From: a bacterium
GTDB lineage: Bacteria; Patescibacteriota; Saccharimonadia; CAILAD01; GCA-016700035
Reading direction: 5' to 3'
NCBI GenBank assembly: GCA_020854115.1
Contig: JADZGC010000011.1
Coordinates: 5,057-69,056, forward strand
Length of the DNA stretch: 64,000 nt
A model generated the notes under the pieces. That model saw only the letters and a list, made by a program, of their open reading frames with translations, was not told the origin of the DNA and made no database searches. The position numbers were made by a program, and so were the translations under genes. Each line of letters starts with the position of its first letter. Positions within the stretch are counted from its first letter, which is position 1. Shown piece after piece: positions 45,936 through 56,313 of this stretch.

Positions 45936-47005
45936 TCGAACGGCTGCACGAAAAAGACGAGGCCGTACTGCGTGACGTTCGACCTGATGTTGGTGATGTC
46001 GAAGAAAAACGTCTTGAGGAGACATTGAGACCTCGGAGCTTCGATCAATATGTTGGTCAGCGACAAGCTATCGATGCGCTCAAGGTAGCGATTGCGGCAG
46101 CAAAGCAACGAGGCGAGGCGCTCGATCACGTACTGTTGTATGGGCCCCCAGGACTCGGGAAGACCACCCTGGCGCACATTGTGGCAAATGAAATGGGTGC
46201 ACAGCTCAAAGTTACCTCAGGGCCAGCCATCGAGCGTGCTGGAGATCTGGCAAGCCTGCTGACGAATCTAAATGCCGGTGACATATTGTTTATTGACGAA
46301 ATTCACCGGCTTGGTCGGACGGTCGAAGAGATTCTGTATCCAGCAATGGAAGACTTCGCGATCGATATTATGCTTGGCAAAGGTCCGGCTGCTCAATCGT
46401 TGCGCCTTGACCTGCCCCGCATCACGATTATTGGTGCGACTACACGATATGGGACTTTGTCGAGCCCATTGCGTGATCGATTTGGCATTGTGCACCGGCT
46501 GGAATTCTATACACCGGTCGAAGTCGCTCAGATCCTGCGGCGCTCGTCCGATCTCTTACGTGTTCAGATACAAGACGATGCACTGGCGGTACTGGCAGAA
46601 CGTTCACGATTAACTCCGCGTATAGCGAACCGACTCATCAAGCGGGTGCGGGATTACGCAGAAGTGCACAATCGCGGTGTGGTGGATAGTGCGATGCTTG
46701 AAGCAGCCTTAAGCCTATTGGAGATCGATGAGCTCGGCCTTGATAGCTCTGACCGACGACTTTTGATCACATTGATCGAATACTATGATGGTGGACCAGC
46801 GGGCGTAGCAGCTCTGGCTGCAGCCCTGTCTGAGGAGCAGCAGACTATCGAAGATGTCATAGAACCATATCTCATTCAGATCGGGCTCTTGAAGCGGACG
46901 ACGCGGGGGAGAATGGCGAGCGAACGCGCTTGGCAGCATGTTGGCAAGACTCCAAAGTCGCCTCCAAAATCTTCTTCACAGGCCTCGCTCAATCTGGAAG
47001 AATAG
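45932..47005 (+). CDS. ruvB: Holliday junction branch migration ATPase RuvB
   Basis: AAA+ Walker [12 protein letters not shown], Walker [11 protein letters not shown], winged-helix C-terminus. ATGA overlap with ruvA. Confidence 0.95.
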   Translation: MIERLHEKDEAVLRDVRPDVGDVEEKRLEETLRPRSFDQYVGQRQAIDALKVAIAAAKQRGEALDHVLLYGPPGLGKTTLAHIVANEMGAQLKVTSGPAIERAGDLASLLTNLNAGDILFIDEIHRLGRTVEEILYPAMEDFAIDIMLGKGPAAQSLRLDLPRITIIGATTRYGTLSSPLRDRFGIVHRLEFYTPVEVAQILRRSSDLLRVQIQDDALAVLAERSRLTPRIANRLIKRVRDYAEVHNRGVVDSAMLEAALSLLEIDELGLDSSDRRLLITLIEYYDGGPAGVAALAAALSEEQQTIEDVIEPYLIQIGLLKRTTRGRMASERAWQHVGKTPKSPPKSSSQASLNLEE

Positions 47006-47019
47006 AGTACACTAGTGCC

Positions 47020-47628
47020 ATGTCACACATGTTTCCAGGTCAAGATGATAGCGAAATAGTCCAGCGAGTAGTCTATAAGCATATTTTTTCGGTGCTCCCG
47101 TTTTTATTGGTAGCATTGTTATTGTTTTTTGTAGGTTTGTTCCTGGTGTATGCTGGCGCTGCCGATCTTATTAAGTTTCCTGTCACAGTGCTAAAAGGTC
47201 TGCCAGATAGCAGCTTTCAACTGCCATATGCTGCGATAGGGATGATATTTGTCGCCATGGCGGTGTTTTTGTGGTTGGCGAGTATATACGTCTGGCGCCA
47301 AAACCAAATGATATTGACCGATGAGAATGTTGTCGATGTTGATCAGCGCGGCATATTTCAAAAACATATCTCTACGCTACGTCTGAGCCGAGTCCAAGAT
47401 ATATCTGTGATTGTAAAGGGCCCCATGCAAACCATTTTTCGCTATGGCACTATACATATCCAGACTGCAGGAGCGGTGGAGAATTTTGAATTCGATTATG
47501 TACCTGATCCTTATGAGGTGAAGGCGTATATGGTGAATCTATTTGAGAAATTCGTAGAGAAGAAAAGGCATGAAGGGGACGGTACGCGCGATCGGACGCT
47601 TTCGGCACACGGTTCAGAAGAAGAGTAG
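47020..47628 (+). CDS. membrane protein with bacterial PH (bPH_2/DUF304-like) domain
   Basis: Two TM helices then a PH-like region (ILTDENVVDVDQRGIFQKHISTLRLSRVQDISV). Confidence 0.55.
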   Translation: MSHMFPGQDDSEIVQRVVYKHIFSVLPFLLVALLLFFVGLFLVYAGAADLIKFPVTVLKGLPDSSFQLPYAAIGMIFVAMAVFLWLASIYVWRQNQMILTDENVVDVDQRGIFQKHISTLRLSRVQDISVIVKGPMQTIFRYGTIHIQTAGAVENFEFDYVPDPYEVKAYMVNLFEKFVEKKRHEGDGTRDRTLSAHGSEEE

Positions 47629-47721
47629 AGAGAACGTATAAAAGCGCTTGTGCTTTAAAGCGCTTACGCCTATAATCAGGCTTGTATTCATGCACTATTT
47701 ATTAAGGAGAAATCTCTCAAC

Positions 47722-48138
47722 ATGCAACTCTCACTTCGTCGACAAAAAGGGTTCACATTGCTCGAGCTCTTGATTGTCATTGTCATTATCGGTATCCTCA
47801 TTGCGCTTGTGCTGCCAAATCTTATTTCGGGACCAGCTCGCGCGCGTGATAGCAAGCGTAAGACCGACTTGCGCGATATCCGGAATGGTCTTGAGCAATA
47901 CTACAACGATAACTCAAGCTATCCAGCTGATCTCATCACACTCACCCAGGGCTCAACCCCATACGTGAAGTCGCTCGCCAAGGATCCAAAGACCGGCACA
48001 GACTATACCTACACCCCCTCACCATCAGGGGGCCCAACCTACTCAAGCTATGTCTTGCAGGCGACACTCGAGAACGCAAACGACAAGGATATCAAGTCGG
48101 GTACGACAGATACCTACGAAATCACTAACGCCCAGTAA
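47722..48138 (+). CDS. type IV pilin / pseudopilin (GspG/ComGC-like)
   Basis: Prepilin peptidase site G|FTLLELLIVIVIIGIL and the GspG-like segment ARDSKRKTDLRDIRNGLEQYYNDN. AAGGAG RBS. Confidence 0.85.
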   Translation: MQLSLRRQKGFTLLELLIVIVIIGILIALVLPNLISGPARARDSKRKTDLRDIRNGLEQYYNDNSSYPADLITLTQGSTPYVKSLAKDPKTGTDYTYTPSPSGGPTYSSYVLQATLENANDKDIKSGTTDTYEITNAQ

Positions 48139-48162
48139 GTACTGGAATAAGAGATTAATTCT

Positions 48163-48186
48163 AAAAGGCGCCTTATGGCGCCTTTT
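48163..48186 (+). terminator. rho-independent terminator after the pilin gene
   Basis: AAAAGGCGCC-TTAT-GGCGCCTTTT. Confidence 0.7.
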
Positions 48187-48272
48187 AGAATAGAGGCCAT
48201 ATGTCATAAAAAGATGAAAAAGCTTGATACAATAGAAAGATAAGCATAGGCATTATATAAAATCTTCATGTT

Positions 48273-49346
48273 ATGAAGTTTCCACTTATCGAAAAACGAC
48301 AGCCAGTTTTTGGTCTTGATATCGGGTATAAAGAGGCTAAATTTGTGCAGGTTAAAAGTACTAAATCGGGGCACCGCTTGCTTGGTATGGGAGCTGCAGC
48401 ATTGAGTGACGGTATGGTGATCGATGGGGTGATTGCTGAACCAGAAGATCTCGCGCACGTTATAAATGCAAGTTTGCATCGGGCAGCTCGCGGCAAGATC
48501 ACTGCACGATCGGTTGTCATTGGCTTGCCGCAGTCGCATCTTTTTTCACGTATCATTACTACCCCTGCACTAGCCGAGGACAAATTGGCCGACGCCGTAT
48601 TATGGGAGGCTCAACAGTATATCCCGATGCCAGTCAACGACCTGTATACTGATCACCAGATAGTCGAGAGGCAAAAAGATGAATCTGGGATAGTGCATGA
48701 ATATGCTGTACTGTTGGTAGCGGCTCCGCGCTCGATTGTGGATAGCTATCTCAAGCTCTGTGATTTGGCGCATCTTGTGCCGCGGTCGATGGAGATGAGC
48801 TTAATGGCAAACATTCGAGCTCTACGACCAACTGTCGAGGAACAGACAGCGACATTGATAATCGACGCCGGTGCACTAGCTACCGATATGGCAATCGTGA
48901 CAGATACAATACGTGTAACGACTACGGTTAATATAGGCGGTGAGTCATTTACAAATGCGATTGCCACCAAGCTCAGGGTTACGTTTCACGAGGCGGAAGA
49001 GATGAAGATCAAATTTGGTATCACGCAATCTGACCTTCAGCCAAAGATTCGGGTAGCGTTGAGCACTCACCTCAAAAAGATCCTGCAAGAAATCACGAAG
49101 CTTATCAAATACTATGAGGAGCGTACAAAAGGTACCACGCGCTCAACTGTCAAGCGGATTATGATGACCGGAGGTAACTCGCGTATGCCTGGGTTGGCGC
49201 ATCTGATCTCGCATACGACGAATTTGCCGGTTGATATCTCAGCGGGGTGGGACCGCCATCCAACATCTGGTGTTGATGGTGTGCCAAAAAATCTCGGACC
49301 AATTTACAACACAGCATTTGGCCTCGCCTGTCGAGGGTGGGAGTAG
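48273..49346 (+). CDS. pilM: type IV pilus assembly protein PilM
   Basis: Actin-like ATPase fold and PilM N-terminus (FGLDIGYKEAKFVQVK). Confidence 0.85.
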   Translation: MKFPLIEKRQPVFGLDIGYKEAKFVQVKSTKSGHRLLGMGAAALSDGMVIDGVIAEPEDLAHVINASLHRAARGKITARSVVIGLPQSHLFSRIITTPALAEDKLADAVLWEAQQYIPMPVNDLYTDHQIVERQKDESGIVHEYAVLLVAAPRSIVDSYLKLCDLAHLVPRSMEMSLMANIRALRPTVEEQTATLIIDAGALATDMAIVTDTIRVTTTVNIGGESFTNAIATKLRVTFHEAEEMKIKFGITQSDLQPKIRVALSTHLKKILQEITKLIKYYEERTKGTTRSTVKRIMMTGGNSRMPGLAHLISHTTNLPVDISAGWDRHPTSGVDGVPKNLGPIYNTAFGLACRGWE

Positions 49347-49349
49347 TCG

Positions 49350-49907
49350 ATGATCGATCTATTGCCGCCGACTATCAAAACACATAAACATTATGCGTCA
49401 TTAAATCGGCGATTAGTGCGATTAATCCAAGTTGCTCTCAGTTTGGTGATTCTAGTGGTAGGAATCTTTGGAGCGAGCTGGTATTTCTTAGATAAGGCAA
49501 CTGTTACGGCTAATAGTGACCTTCAGGCAGCAAAAGAAAAATCAGCGGTGTACCAATCAATCGAAAAGGACGCCAAAGCCCTAGCCGACCGGCTCACGAG
49601 CATCGAGGCGGTACAAAATCAGCAGGCTCATTACACAAAGCTTTTACAAGAAGTGTCAAATACGTTGCCTGCTGGTGTATATATCTATTCTCTGCAGGTA
49701 AATAGCGCAAATCCGCCTACTATGCAGATAACAGCTTATGCCCAGACAAGTGAAGCGGTGGCGGCCTTCAAGCGGGCGCTCGAAGCCTCGCCGCGCTTCG
49801 GTGCAGCTGCTCTATCTGGCGTTGATCAAGACCGGGATCCGTATACAGGTCAGCCGACGAATCGCATCAATCTCCAAGTTGGGTTGAAGCCAGGAGCATT
49901 ACAATGA
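49350..49907 (+). CDS. pilN: type IV pilus assembly protein PilN-like
   Basis: Single N-terminal TM then periplasmic domain. Position after pilM. Confidence 0.7.
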   Translation: MIDLLPPTIKTHKHYASLNRRLVRLIQVALSLVILVVGIFGASWYFLDKATVTANSDLQAAKEKSAVYQSIEKDAKALADRLTSIEAVQNQQAHYTKLLQEVSNTLPAGVYIYSLQVNSANPPTMQITAYAQTSEAVAAFKRALEASPRFGAAALSGVDQDRDPYTGQPTNRINLQVGLKPGALQ

Positions 49908-50464
49908 AGTCGTCACGAGTACTATTCTTTGTGCTGATTGGGTTCTTGAGTGTCATTTTGCTCGCAGGGGGGTATGGATATGTGTGGGCACGACAAGCGC
50001 TGCTCGACAAAAAACAATCAGTCGAGAAGACGCATCTGGAAGTAATTGATGAACAGAAGCGCACAGAACAGCTCGTCACGCTGAGTCGTCGCTATACCGA
50101 AGCGAAAGCCAAGCTTGATGAAATCAATCGCGCCCTACCGCGCGACTCACAGCAGACCGAGATATTACTCGCTATCCAGAGTGCGGCAAATGAATCGGGC
50201 GTGCTCCTACCAAGTGTCCAATTCACAGGTGCAGCCCAACTGACGAATCCGCAGCTCAATCAAGCATCACCATCTCAGGGCTTCTATGTTGTGCCACTGA
50301 GCTTGAAGTTGAGTGGTGCATACGACCAGCTACAAACTTTCCTAGACAAACTTGAGCGTCTGAGCCGCTACAATTCCGTTTCGACACTCTCCCTGACGAA
50401 GACCTTAGCGGACAAGAATAAGCTCGACGTGTCGTTAACACTTAATGCATACTTAAAGCCATAG
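49904..50464 (+). CDS. pilO: type IV pilus assembly protein PilO-like
   Basis: Single TM, coiled coil, PilO-like C-terminus. Overlapping start. Confidence 0.7.
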   Translation: MKSSRVLFFVLIGFLSVILLAGGYGYVWARQALLDKKQSVEKTHLEVIDEQKRTEQLVTLSRRYTEAKAKLDEINRALPRDSQQTEILLAIQSAANESGVLLPSVQFTGAAQLTNPQLNQASPSQGFYVVPLSLKLSGAYDQLQTFLDKLERLSRYNSVSTLSLTKTLADKNKLDVSLTLNAYLKP

Positions 50465-50467
50465 CCT

Positions 50468-50776
50468 ATGAATCTAAATATGAAGCTCACACTCGATGGA
50501 AATATTGGCGCTCTCTTTAAAAAGATCGCAGCGCATCTTCATATTATGTTGGTAATATTCTTCTGTGGCGTACTGGCTTATAGTACCTACTTTGCCGTAA
50601 ATCTCTTCTATGCCAAAGATGATCTCGATACGCTAGCCAATCAACAGGCGACGAGTGAGCGCAGTAAGCAGATTCGCTTTAATGAGAAGACCCTTCAATC
50701 CCTGGATCAGCTCTTGCCGGCACGTAGTCAACCTAGTGTGCCAACGGGTGGTCGCACCAACCCGTTTAATCCATAA
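50468..50776 (+). CDS. small membrane protein following pilO (possible PilP analogue)
   Basis: 102 aa with one TM helix. Operon position only. Confidence 0.4.
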   Translation: MNLNMKLTLDGNIGALFKKIAAHLHIMLVIFFCGVLAYSTYFAVNLFYAKDDLDTLANQQATSERSKQIRFNEKTLQSLDQLLPARSQPSVPTGGRTNPFNP

Positions 50777-50781
50777 GCTAG

Positions 50782-51993
50782 CTAAAACGATCCGGTTAGT
50801 TGGTAGAGCGGTCCGATGACAGAGATGATGATAAACCCAACTAGTGAGCCCATGATGATGAGCATCAAAGGCTCAATGACACTGGACAAATTCGCTACCA
50901 ATGAACTAACTTCCTTGTCATAGAAGTCAGCAAGCTTTTCGAGAATCTTCTCAAGCTCGCCGGTCTCTTCACCGACTGCAATCATTTCGGGGACTATCGA
51001 AGGAAAGACGTGACTTGTACTTAGGGCATGGGCGAGTGTAGATCCGTTCTTGACCCCACGGCTCACGCGGTGCATCTCATCGTGGATGACTAGATTCGTA
51101 ATTGAGTCGCCAACGACTTGCAGGGCTTCGAGCACTGGGATGCCCGAACCAAGCAATGATCCGAGCGTACGCGCAAAACGGGCAAGATTTATCTTGGTCA
51201 ATATTGCGGAGAGCACAGGAATCTTCAGCTCCAGCGCGTGGACTTGCTTGCGTGCCTTGCTATTTGCCTTGATGTATCGAAAGCCAGCAATAGCAGCCAC
51301 AACGAGACCTATCGCGATCATGAATCCATATCGCTGCGAAACCTTTGATATCTCGATCAGCAATTTCGTGTTCCATGGTAGATCTGTATTGATTTGATCA
51401 AAGACGGTAATTAGCTGCGGTACGACGACCGTCATAATAAAGGCAAACGAGAATATCATGACGCAGAAAATGAGACCCGGATAGACCATGGCTCCGCGGA
51501 CTTTGCTGATTAGCTCTGCGTCTTTTTCCATCTGGTCAGCTAGGCGCTCGAGGACCTGATCAAGGATACCGCCAATCTCACCGGCATGCACCATAGATAC
51601 ATATATTGGCGTAAAAATCTTGGGGTATTTCGCAAGACTTTGTGAGAGTGTCTTACCGCCCTCGACGTCTTTGCTTATATGTGTGAGTGCTGTCTTGAGT
51701 ATCGGGTTTTCAGTCTGTTTTTTAAGAACATTGATTGCTCGCACGATCGGAATGCCCGCGGAAATCATCGTGGCAAACTGGCGACTGAATAGAACCCGCT
51801 CGCGCATTGGCACTCCGCGCCTGATGTTCACTAAGTTTTTTGCGGCACGAATTTTGCCGGCAGACTCAATCGTGATGGGAGTTAAGTCCTTTGCAAATAG
51901 TCCATCTGCTACAGCCTTGCGAGACTCGGCTTCTTGTTCGCCGTCGAGTATGGCTCCACTGCGACTACGGGCTTGATAGCGAAAACGCTCCAT
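50782..51993 (-). CDS. pilC: type IV pilus assembly platform protein PilC (GspF family)
   Basis: Two GspF repeats and three TM segments. Confidence 0.9.
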   Translation of the reverse strand: MERFRYQARSRSGAILDGEQEAESRKAVADGLFAKDLTPITIESAGKIRAAKNLVNIRRGVPMRERVLFSRQFATMISAGIPIVRAINVLKKQTENPILKTALTHISKDVEGGKTLSQSLAKYPKIFTPIYVSMVHAGEIGGILDQVLERLADQMEKDAELISKVRGAMVYPGLIFCVMIFSFAFIMTVVVPQLITVFDQINTDLPWNTKLLIEISKVSQRYGFMIAIGLVVAAIAGFRYIKANSKARKQVHALELKIPVLSAILTKINLARFARTLGSLLGSGIPVLEALQVVGDSITNLVIHDEMHRVSRGVKNGSTLAHALSTSHVFPSIVPEMIAVGEETGELEKILEKLADFYDKEVSSLVANLSSVIEPLMLIIMGSLVGFIIISVIGPLYQLTGSF

Positions 51994-52009
51994 TATAATT
52001 GTCCTGTCA

Positions 52010-54058
52010 TTATTCGCGTGTGACGCGCATAATTTCTTCTATCGTAGTCAGCCCCTGCAAGGCTTTCGCAAAGCCGTCCTCTTGCATTGTGACCATGCCT
52101 TGCTTGACTGCCTGGGCTTGGATATCAGCTGAAGTGGCCTTGCTGGTGATGAGGTGAGCGATCTCGGTGGTAATATCGAGTACTTCGTAAATCCCCATGC
52201 GGCCGGTATAGCCCGTCATATCGCATTGAGGGCAACCGACAGCTCGGTAGAGTGTAACCTCTTGGGTGGTCGTAAAAGTTTTCGGGCTAGTGTCGGCTAC
52301 TGCAGGCGTGGCAGCTATTGGGGTTGGCGCGGCTCCGGGCTGAGGTATCTGGGTAGGAGGTGTCGGTAGATTGAACTCTTCGTCGAATGGATCATCAAAC
52401 GATGAAGCCTGATCATTCGACGGCCGATTGACGAGTGTGGGGTCGGCAGCGATTTTATCGAGGATACTGGTGCGTGACAGGTTGAGGTCTGCAGGCACAG
52501 GAATGACCTTGCGCGTTTCGCCGGTGTCTCGCACGCGCGGCTCTTCCGTAGGTTTTTGCACGGCAGGTGTTGGGCTGGTCGGCACGGCAGGCTGTGCCAT
52601 TAGCTCTGCGAAGTCGATTCCTTTTTCGATGCTGAAGTTTGTTCGTAGCTCTTGGAGCAGTTGGCCGGTAGCAGGGTATGCCTCGCGACACTGCGGGCAC
52701 AGTTTACGGACAAGCCGTTGTGCCACAACGGTATTGACGGTCGTCGAAATGAGAAATGGCTCGATCTGCATGTCTAGGAGGCGGGGTAGAGCAGTGGCGG
52801 CATTATTGGTGTGCAGTGTAGACAAGACGACATGACCGGTCAGTGCTGCCTGTACTGCGAGATTTGCTGTCTCGGAATCACGAATCTCTCCAACCATAAT
52901 GATGTTAGGGTCTTGGCGTAAGAGTGCGCGCAGTCCGTTTGCAAATGTCATGCCAGCCTGCGTGTTGACTTGTGTTTGGTTGGCTCCCGCGATACGGTAT
53001 TCGACGGGGTCTTCAATGGTGCTGATATTTACCCCCGGAGTATTGAGCTGGGTTAGTACAGAATAAAGAGTGGTAGATTTGCCGGCGCCGGTTGGCCCCG
53101 TCACGAGGGTCATCCCATGCGGCTGCTTCATGGCTTCATGTAGTGAGTTGAGTGCTTGATCAGCAAAGCCCAGCTCCTCAAGCGTGGCGGCTTTGGTAGT
53201 TTCATCGAGTAGACGCATAACAACCTTCTCGCCCTCCATAACAGGTAGTGTAGAGACACGAACGGCGATGGTCTTCGACCCAATGACGGCCTTAAATCTG
53301 CCGTCTTGTGGCAAGCGGTGCTCGTCTATCTTGAGATTTGCCATAATCTTGATGCGGCTTACAACGGCTGGCAGGAGTTGCTTCGGCAGGGTCATGGATT
53401 CTTTGAGGACGCCATCGATGCGGTAGCGGATTTGGACGATATTTTCGCGGGGCTCAATGTGGATGTCTGAGGCTCTGGCTTTCAAGGCTGATTCGAGGAC
53501 AATATTGACGGTTTTGGCAATCGGAGCGTCGCTAGTGAGTTCATCGGCCGACACATTCTCGGAGGCGGTAGCGGTCTTTTCGTTGCTTGAACTGTCCTTG
53601 ATGGCTTGATTAATCTCTGTATCAAGGCCGGCGCGGTATTGGTCGAGAACAGCCAAGATATCACTGGTGGTGGCGACGTTGATTTGTACCGCACCACCGA
53701 GCTGCTTCTCAATGGCGTCGATTGCCTGAATATCCTCAGGGTCGGCCATCGCCAGCTGCCACTTGGTGTTTTTTTGACCGAAGATGACAGCCTGGTAGCG
53801 TTTGGCGATACGCTCCGGGATTTTGATTAAGAGCTCGCGTGGGATTTTGACATTAGCCAGATTCACGTAGGGGAGACTGAGACTGGCGGCGTATTGAGCA
53901 ACGAGCTCACGCTCGCCAATCATACGGCGCTGAATCAATACCCGATCAAGCGGCTCGTTCGTCTGGGCAGCAATCGTCTCGGCTTGCTTCAACAGATCGG
54001 GGGAGAGTTTGCCGCTCTTGGTGAGCAGGGTTTTGAGGGCATCGGCTGAAATATGCAT
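52010..54058 (-). CDS. pilB: type IV pilus assembly ATPase PilB (GspE family) with a long insert in the zinc-binding motif
   Basis: GSPII_E N-domain, Walker A GPTGAGKSTT, Asp box, His box. Tetracysteine CPQC ... CPQC separated by about 150 aa of Pro/Thr-rich low complexity. Confidence 0.9.
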   Translation of the reverse strand: MHISADALKTLLTKSGKLSPDLLKQAETIAAQTNEPLDRVLIQRRMIGERELVAQYAASLSLPYVNLANVKIPRELLIKIPERIAKRYQAVIFGQKNTKWQLAMADPEDIQAIDAIEKQLGGAVQINVATTSDILAVLDQYRAGLDTEINQAIKDSSSNEKTATASENVSADELTSDAPIAKTVNIVLESALKARASDIHIEPRENIVQIRYRIDGVLKESMTLPKQLLPAVVSRIKIMANLKIDEHRLPQDGRFKAVIGSKTIAVRVSTLPVMEGEKVVMRLLDETTKAATLEELGFADQALNSLHEAMKQPHGMTLVTGPTGAGKSTTLYSVLTQLNTPGVNISTIEDPVEYRIAGANQTQVNTQAGMTFANGLRALLRQDPNIIMVGEIRDSETANLAVQAALTGHVVLSTLHTNNAATALPRLLDMQIEPFLISTTVNTVVAQRLVRKLCPQCREAYPATGQLLQELRTNFSIEKGIDFAELMAQPAVPTSPTPAVQKPTEEPRVRDTGETRKVIPVPADLNLSRTSILDKIAADPTLVNRPSNDQASSFDDPFDEEFNLPTPPTQIPQPGAAPTPIAATPAVADTSPKTFTTTQEVTLYRAVGCPQCDMTGYTGRMGIYEVLDITTEIAHLITSKATSADIQAQAVKQGMVTMQEDGFAKALQGLTTIEEIMRVTRE

Positions 54059-54187
54059 ATTCAGATACTATTTTAGCATAAGCAAGATTGTGAATGGGTG
54101 ATTGATGAAATAAACTGCATACGCTTTACTTTCGGTTTTGCGGCTATGTATGATGTTTGGCAATAACTAATATTTGAACAGGGGGAT

Positions 54188-55495
54188 GTGCCTATGAAGC
54201 GAGTAGTGGCCGTATGGAATATAGGTATTGTTGGATTGTTGAGTTTTATGCCACTTCAATCATTCGCCGTCGGGAGTCCGTCGCTGGTGATTCGTGAGGT
54301 TTATCTGGGTAGCCCAATCGATGCGACCGATGAATACGTGGTGATCCACAATAATAGCAATGATGTGGTTGATTTGCAGGGTGTGGAGTTAGAGTATAAG
54401 TCGGCGACTGGGAAGAGCTGGACTCGTAAGGCGTTCGTTGCCGATCCACTGTCCCTGTCTGGTCATAGCGACGCACTGTTTGCGACCAAGCGCGACCGTC
54501 AAGTTGCAATGAGCGATGGGTTAGCTCAGGCTGGTGGAAATCTGCATGTTACTGTGAATGGAGCAGTAATCGACCGGCTGGCTTGGGGTACTGGCGATAG
54601 TCCCGAGGGTGTATCCATCTCGGCACCAAAAGCTGGCATTGCCCTGGAGAGGGAGTGCTCGGATGATGATGGGGTCTGTGTTGACTCGGATAATAATAGT
54701 CAAGATTTTTCCGAAAAGTTAGTGGATGCATCTGCTTCTCAGGGGAATGTTCCGGTAAATAACCCTACTGGCACAGGTCAGCCTGGCAAAGGCAGTGTTG
54801 ATAGTGTGGTTATCGAAGATTATGCGATTGAAATCACGGAGCTATTGCCGGATCCAACAAGCCCACAGACTGATGCAAAGGACGAATTTATCGAGATATA
54901 CAACGCTGGATCAGGCACTGCCACATTGACAGGATGGAAGTTGTCGGATGGGAAACACTCTTTTTCACTTGACAGTGTGAACCTAGGCGCCGGTGAGTAT
55001 CGTGCATTGTATTCGCGCGATACGAAACTATCACTCAACAATGATGGCGATCAGATTTTGCTTTTGCGACCAAGCGGCGAGACGGAATTTATAACGCCGA
55101 ATTATGGTAAGGCGAAGACTGCCACGTCGTTTGGTGCGACCGAAACTGGCTGGGGATGGCTAGAGAGCGCAAGTCCAGGTAGTGTGAACGCGGGGTTAAG
55201 TCTTGACCAGAGCCCGAGTAAGGCGAAAACAAGCACGAGCAGCAAGTCTAAGGGAGGTGTTAAGAAGTCATCTGCCAAATCGGCAAGTGCAGCAAAGACC
55301 GGTAAGCTGGCAGATGGAGGTGTTCAGTCCGAGACGAATTCAGATGCTTCGGCTGAAGATCGACCAGGTGTCCCATGGTCATGGATACTAGCCGGATTGG
55401 GTTCTCTTACGGTAGGATATGGTGCATATGAATACAGACCAGAAATTCTTAGTTTCTTCACAAAGCTCCGAGCAAAGCTTGGCGCTGGGAAGTAA
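54188..55495 (+). CDS. secreted protein with two lamin-tail domains (LTD), Ser/Lys-rich tail and C-terminal TM anchor
   Basis: Signal peptide. Two LTD-like repeats (LVIREVYLGSPIDATDEYVVIHNNS...DLQGV ; VVIEDYAIEITELLPDPTSP...EFIEIYNAG...LTGWKLSDG). Confidence 0.7.
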   Translation: MPMKRVVAVWNIGIVGLLSFMPLQSFAVGSPSLVIREVYLGSPIDATDEYVVIHNNSNDVVDLQGVELEYKSATGKSWTRKAFVADPLSLSGHSDALFATKRDRQVAMSDGLAQAGGNLHVTVNGAVIDRLAWGTGDSPEGVSISAPKAGIALERECSDDDGVCVDSDNNSQDFSEKLVDASASQGNVPVNNPTGTGQPGKGSVDSVVIEDYAIEITELLPDPTSPQTDAKDEFIEIYNAGSGTATLTGWKLSDGKHSFSLDSVNLGAGEYRALYSRDTKLSLNNDGDQILLLRPSGETEFITPNYGKAKTATSFGATETGWGWLESASPGSVNAGLSLDQSPSKAKTSTSSKSKGGVKKSSAKSASAAKTGKLADGGVQSETNSDASAEDRPGVPWSWILAGLGSLTVGYGAYEYRPEILSFFTKLRAKLGAGK

Positions 55496-55946
55496 GTTCG
55501 CAAGCATTCTGAAGCCTGGAGACGTAGTTAAGTTTATCGGCGATCTTGGTGGCGGTAAGACCACCTTTATCAAAGGGCTCGCGAAGGGGCTCGGCATCGA
55601 ACAAACTGTGACGAGCCCGACCTACAACATTCAGCGCTCCTACAAAATTCCTTCCGGAGGCACACTCGAACACTATGATCTGTACCGGCTAGGAGACGAC
55701 AAGGTTCTCTTACAAGAGATGAAAGAAATTATTGCTGCTCAGGATGCGATTATTGTGATCGAATGGGCGGATCATTTCACCCAACATCTCACACAAGATC
55801 GCTTCGTCATCAAGGCAGAATATATTGATGAGCAGACACGTCGGTATGAGCTTATAGCAACTGGAGAATCGACTGCTGCACGTTTGAGTACAATTAAAGC
55901 GCGCCTGGAGAGACTGTTCAATGATTCTTGCATTGCGTACGGATAA
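55419..55946 (+). CDS. tsaE: tRNA threonylcarbamoyladenosine biosynthesis protein TsaE
   Basis: P-loop GDLGGGKTTF and SPTYNI motif. The start overlaps the 3' end of the upstream ORF, so its exact position is uncertain. Confidence 0.8.
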   Translation: MVHMNTDQKFLVSSQSSEQSLALGSKFASILKPGDVVKFIGDLGGGKTTFIKGLAKGLGIEQTVTSPTYNIQRSYKIPSGGTLEHYDLYRLGDDKVLLQEMKEIIAAQDAIIVIEWADHFTQHLTQDRFVIKAEYIDEQTRRYELIATGESTAARLSTIKARLERLFNDSCIAYG

Positions 55947-56313
55947 GCCGGAGGCCGAGCTATACCTCATCGATAACGCCGGGCATGGGGTGTCGAAGCA
56001 TACTTGGGAGGCGCATCGTCAGCTTGCTGGCACGCTCGTAAGTACTGTCCAGTCATTTTTGCACGCAAACGATCTTGAGGCTAGCAAGCTAACAGGTCTG
56101 GTTATTTTTACTGGCTCAGGATCGTTTACTGGGCTACGCATTGGTACGACGGTTGCAAACACACTCGCCTATGCACATGCCTTACCGATAGCTAGCGGTG
56201 AAGGAGATGATTGGCTTGCAGATGGGCTAAAACGATTACAGGCAGCTCAGCCGGGTCAGTACGCGACCCCGAAGTACGGCAAAGAGCCAAATATCACGAA
56301 GTCAAAAGCTTAA
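55921..56313 (+). CDS. tsaB: tRNA threonylcarbamoyladenosine biosynthesis protein TsaB (short form)
   Basis: ILALRTD...LYLI and GSGSFTGLRIG motifs. Only the N-terminal domain is present. Confidence 0.75.
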   Translation: MILALRTDKPEAELYLIDNAGHGVSKHTWEAHRQLAGTLVSTVQSFLHANDLEASKLTGLVIFTGSGSFTGLRIGTTVANTLAYAHALPIASGEGDDWLADGLKRLQAAQPGQYATPKYGKEPNITKSKA

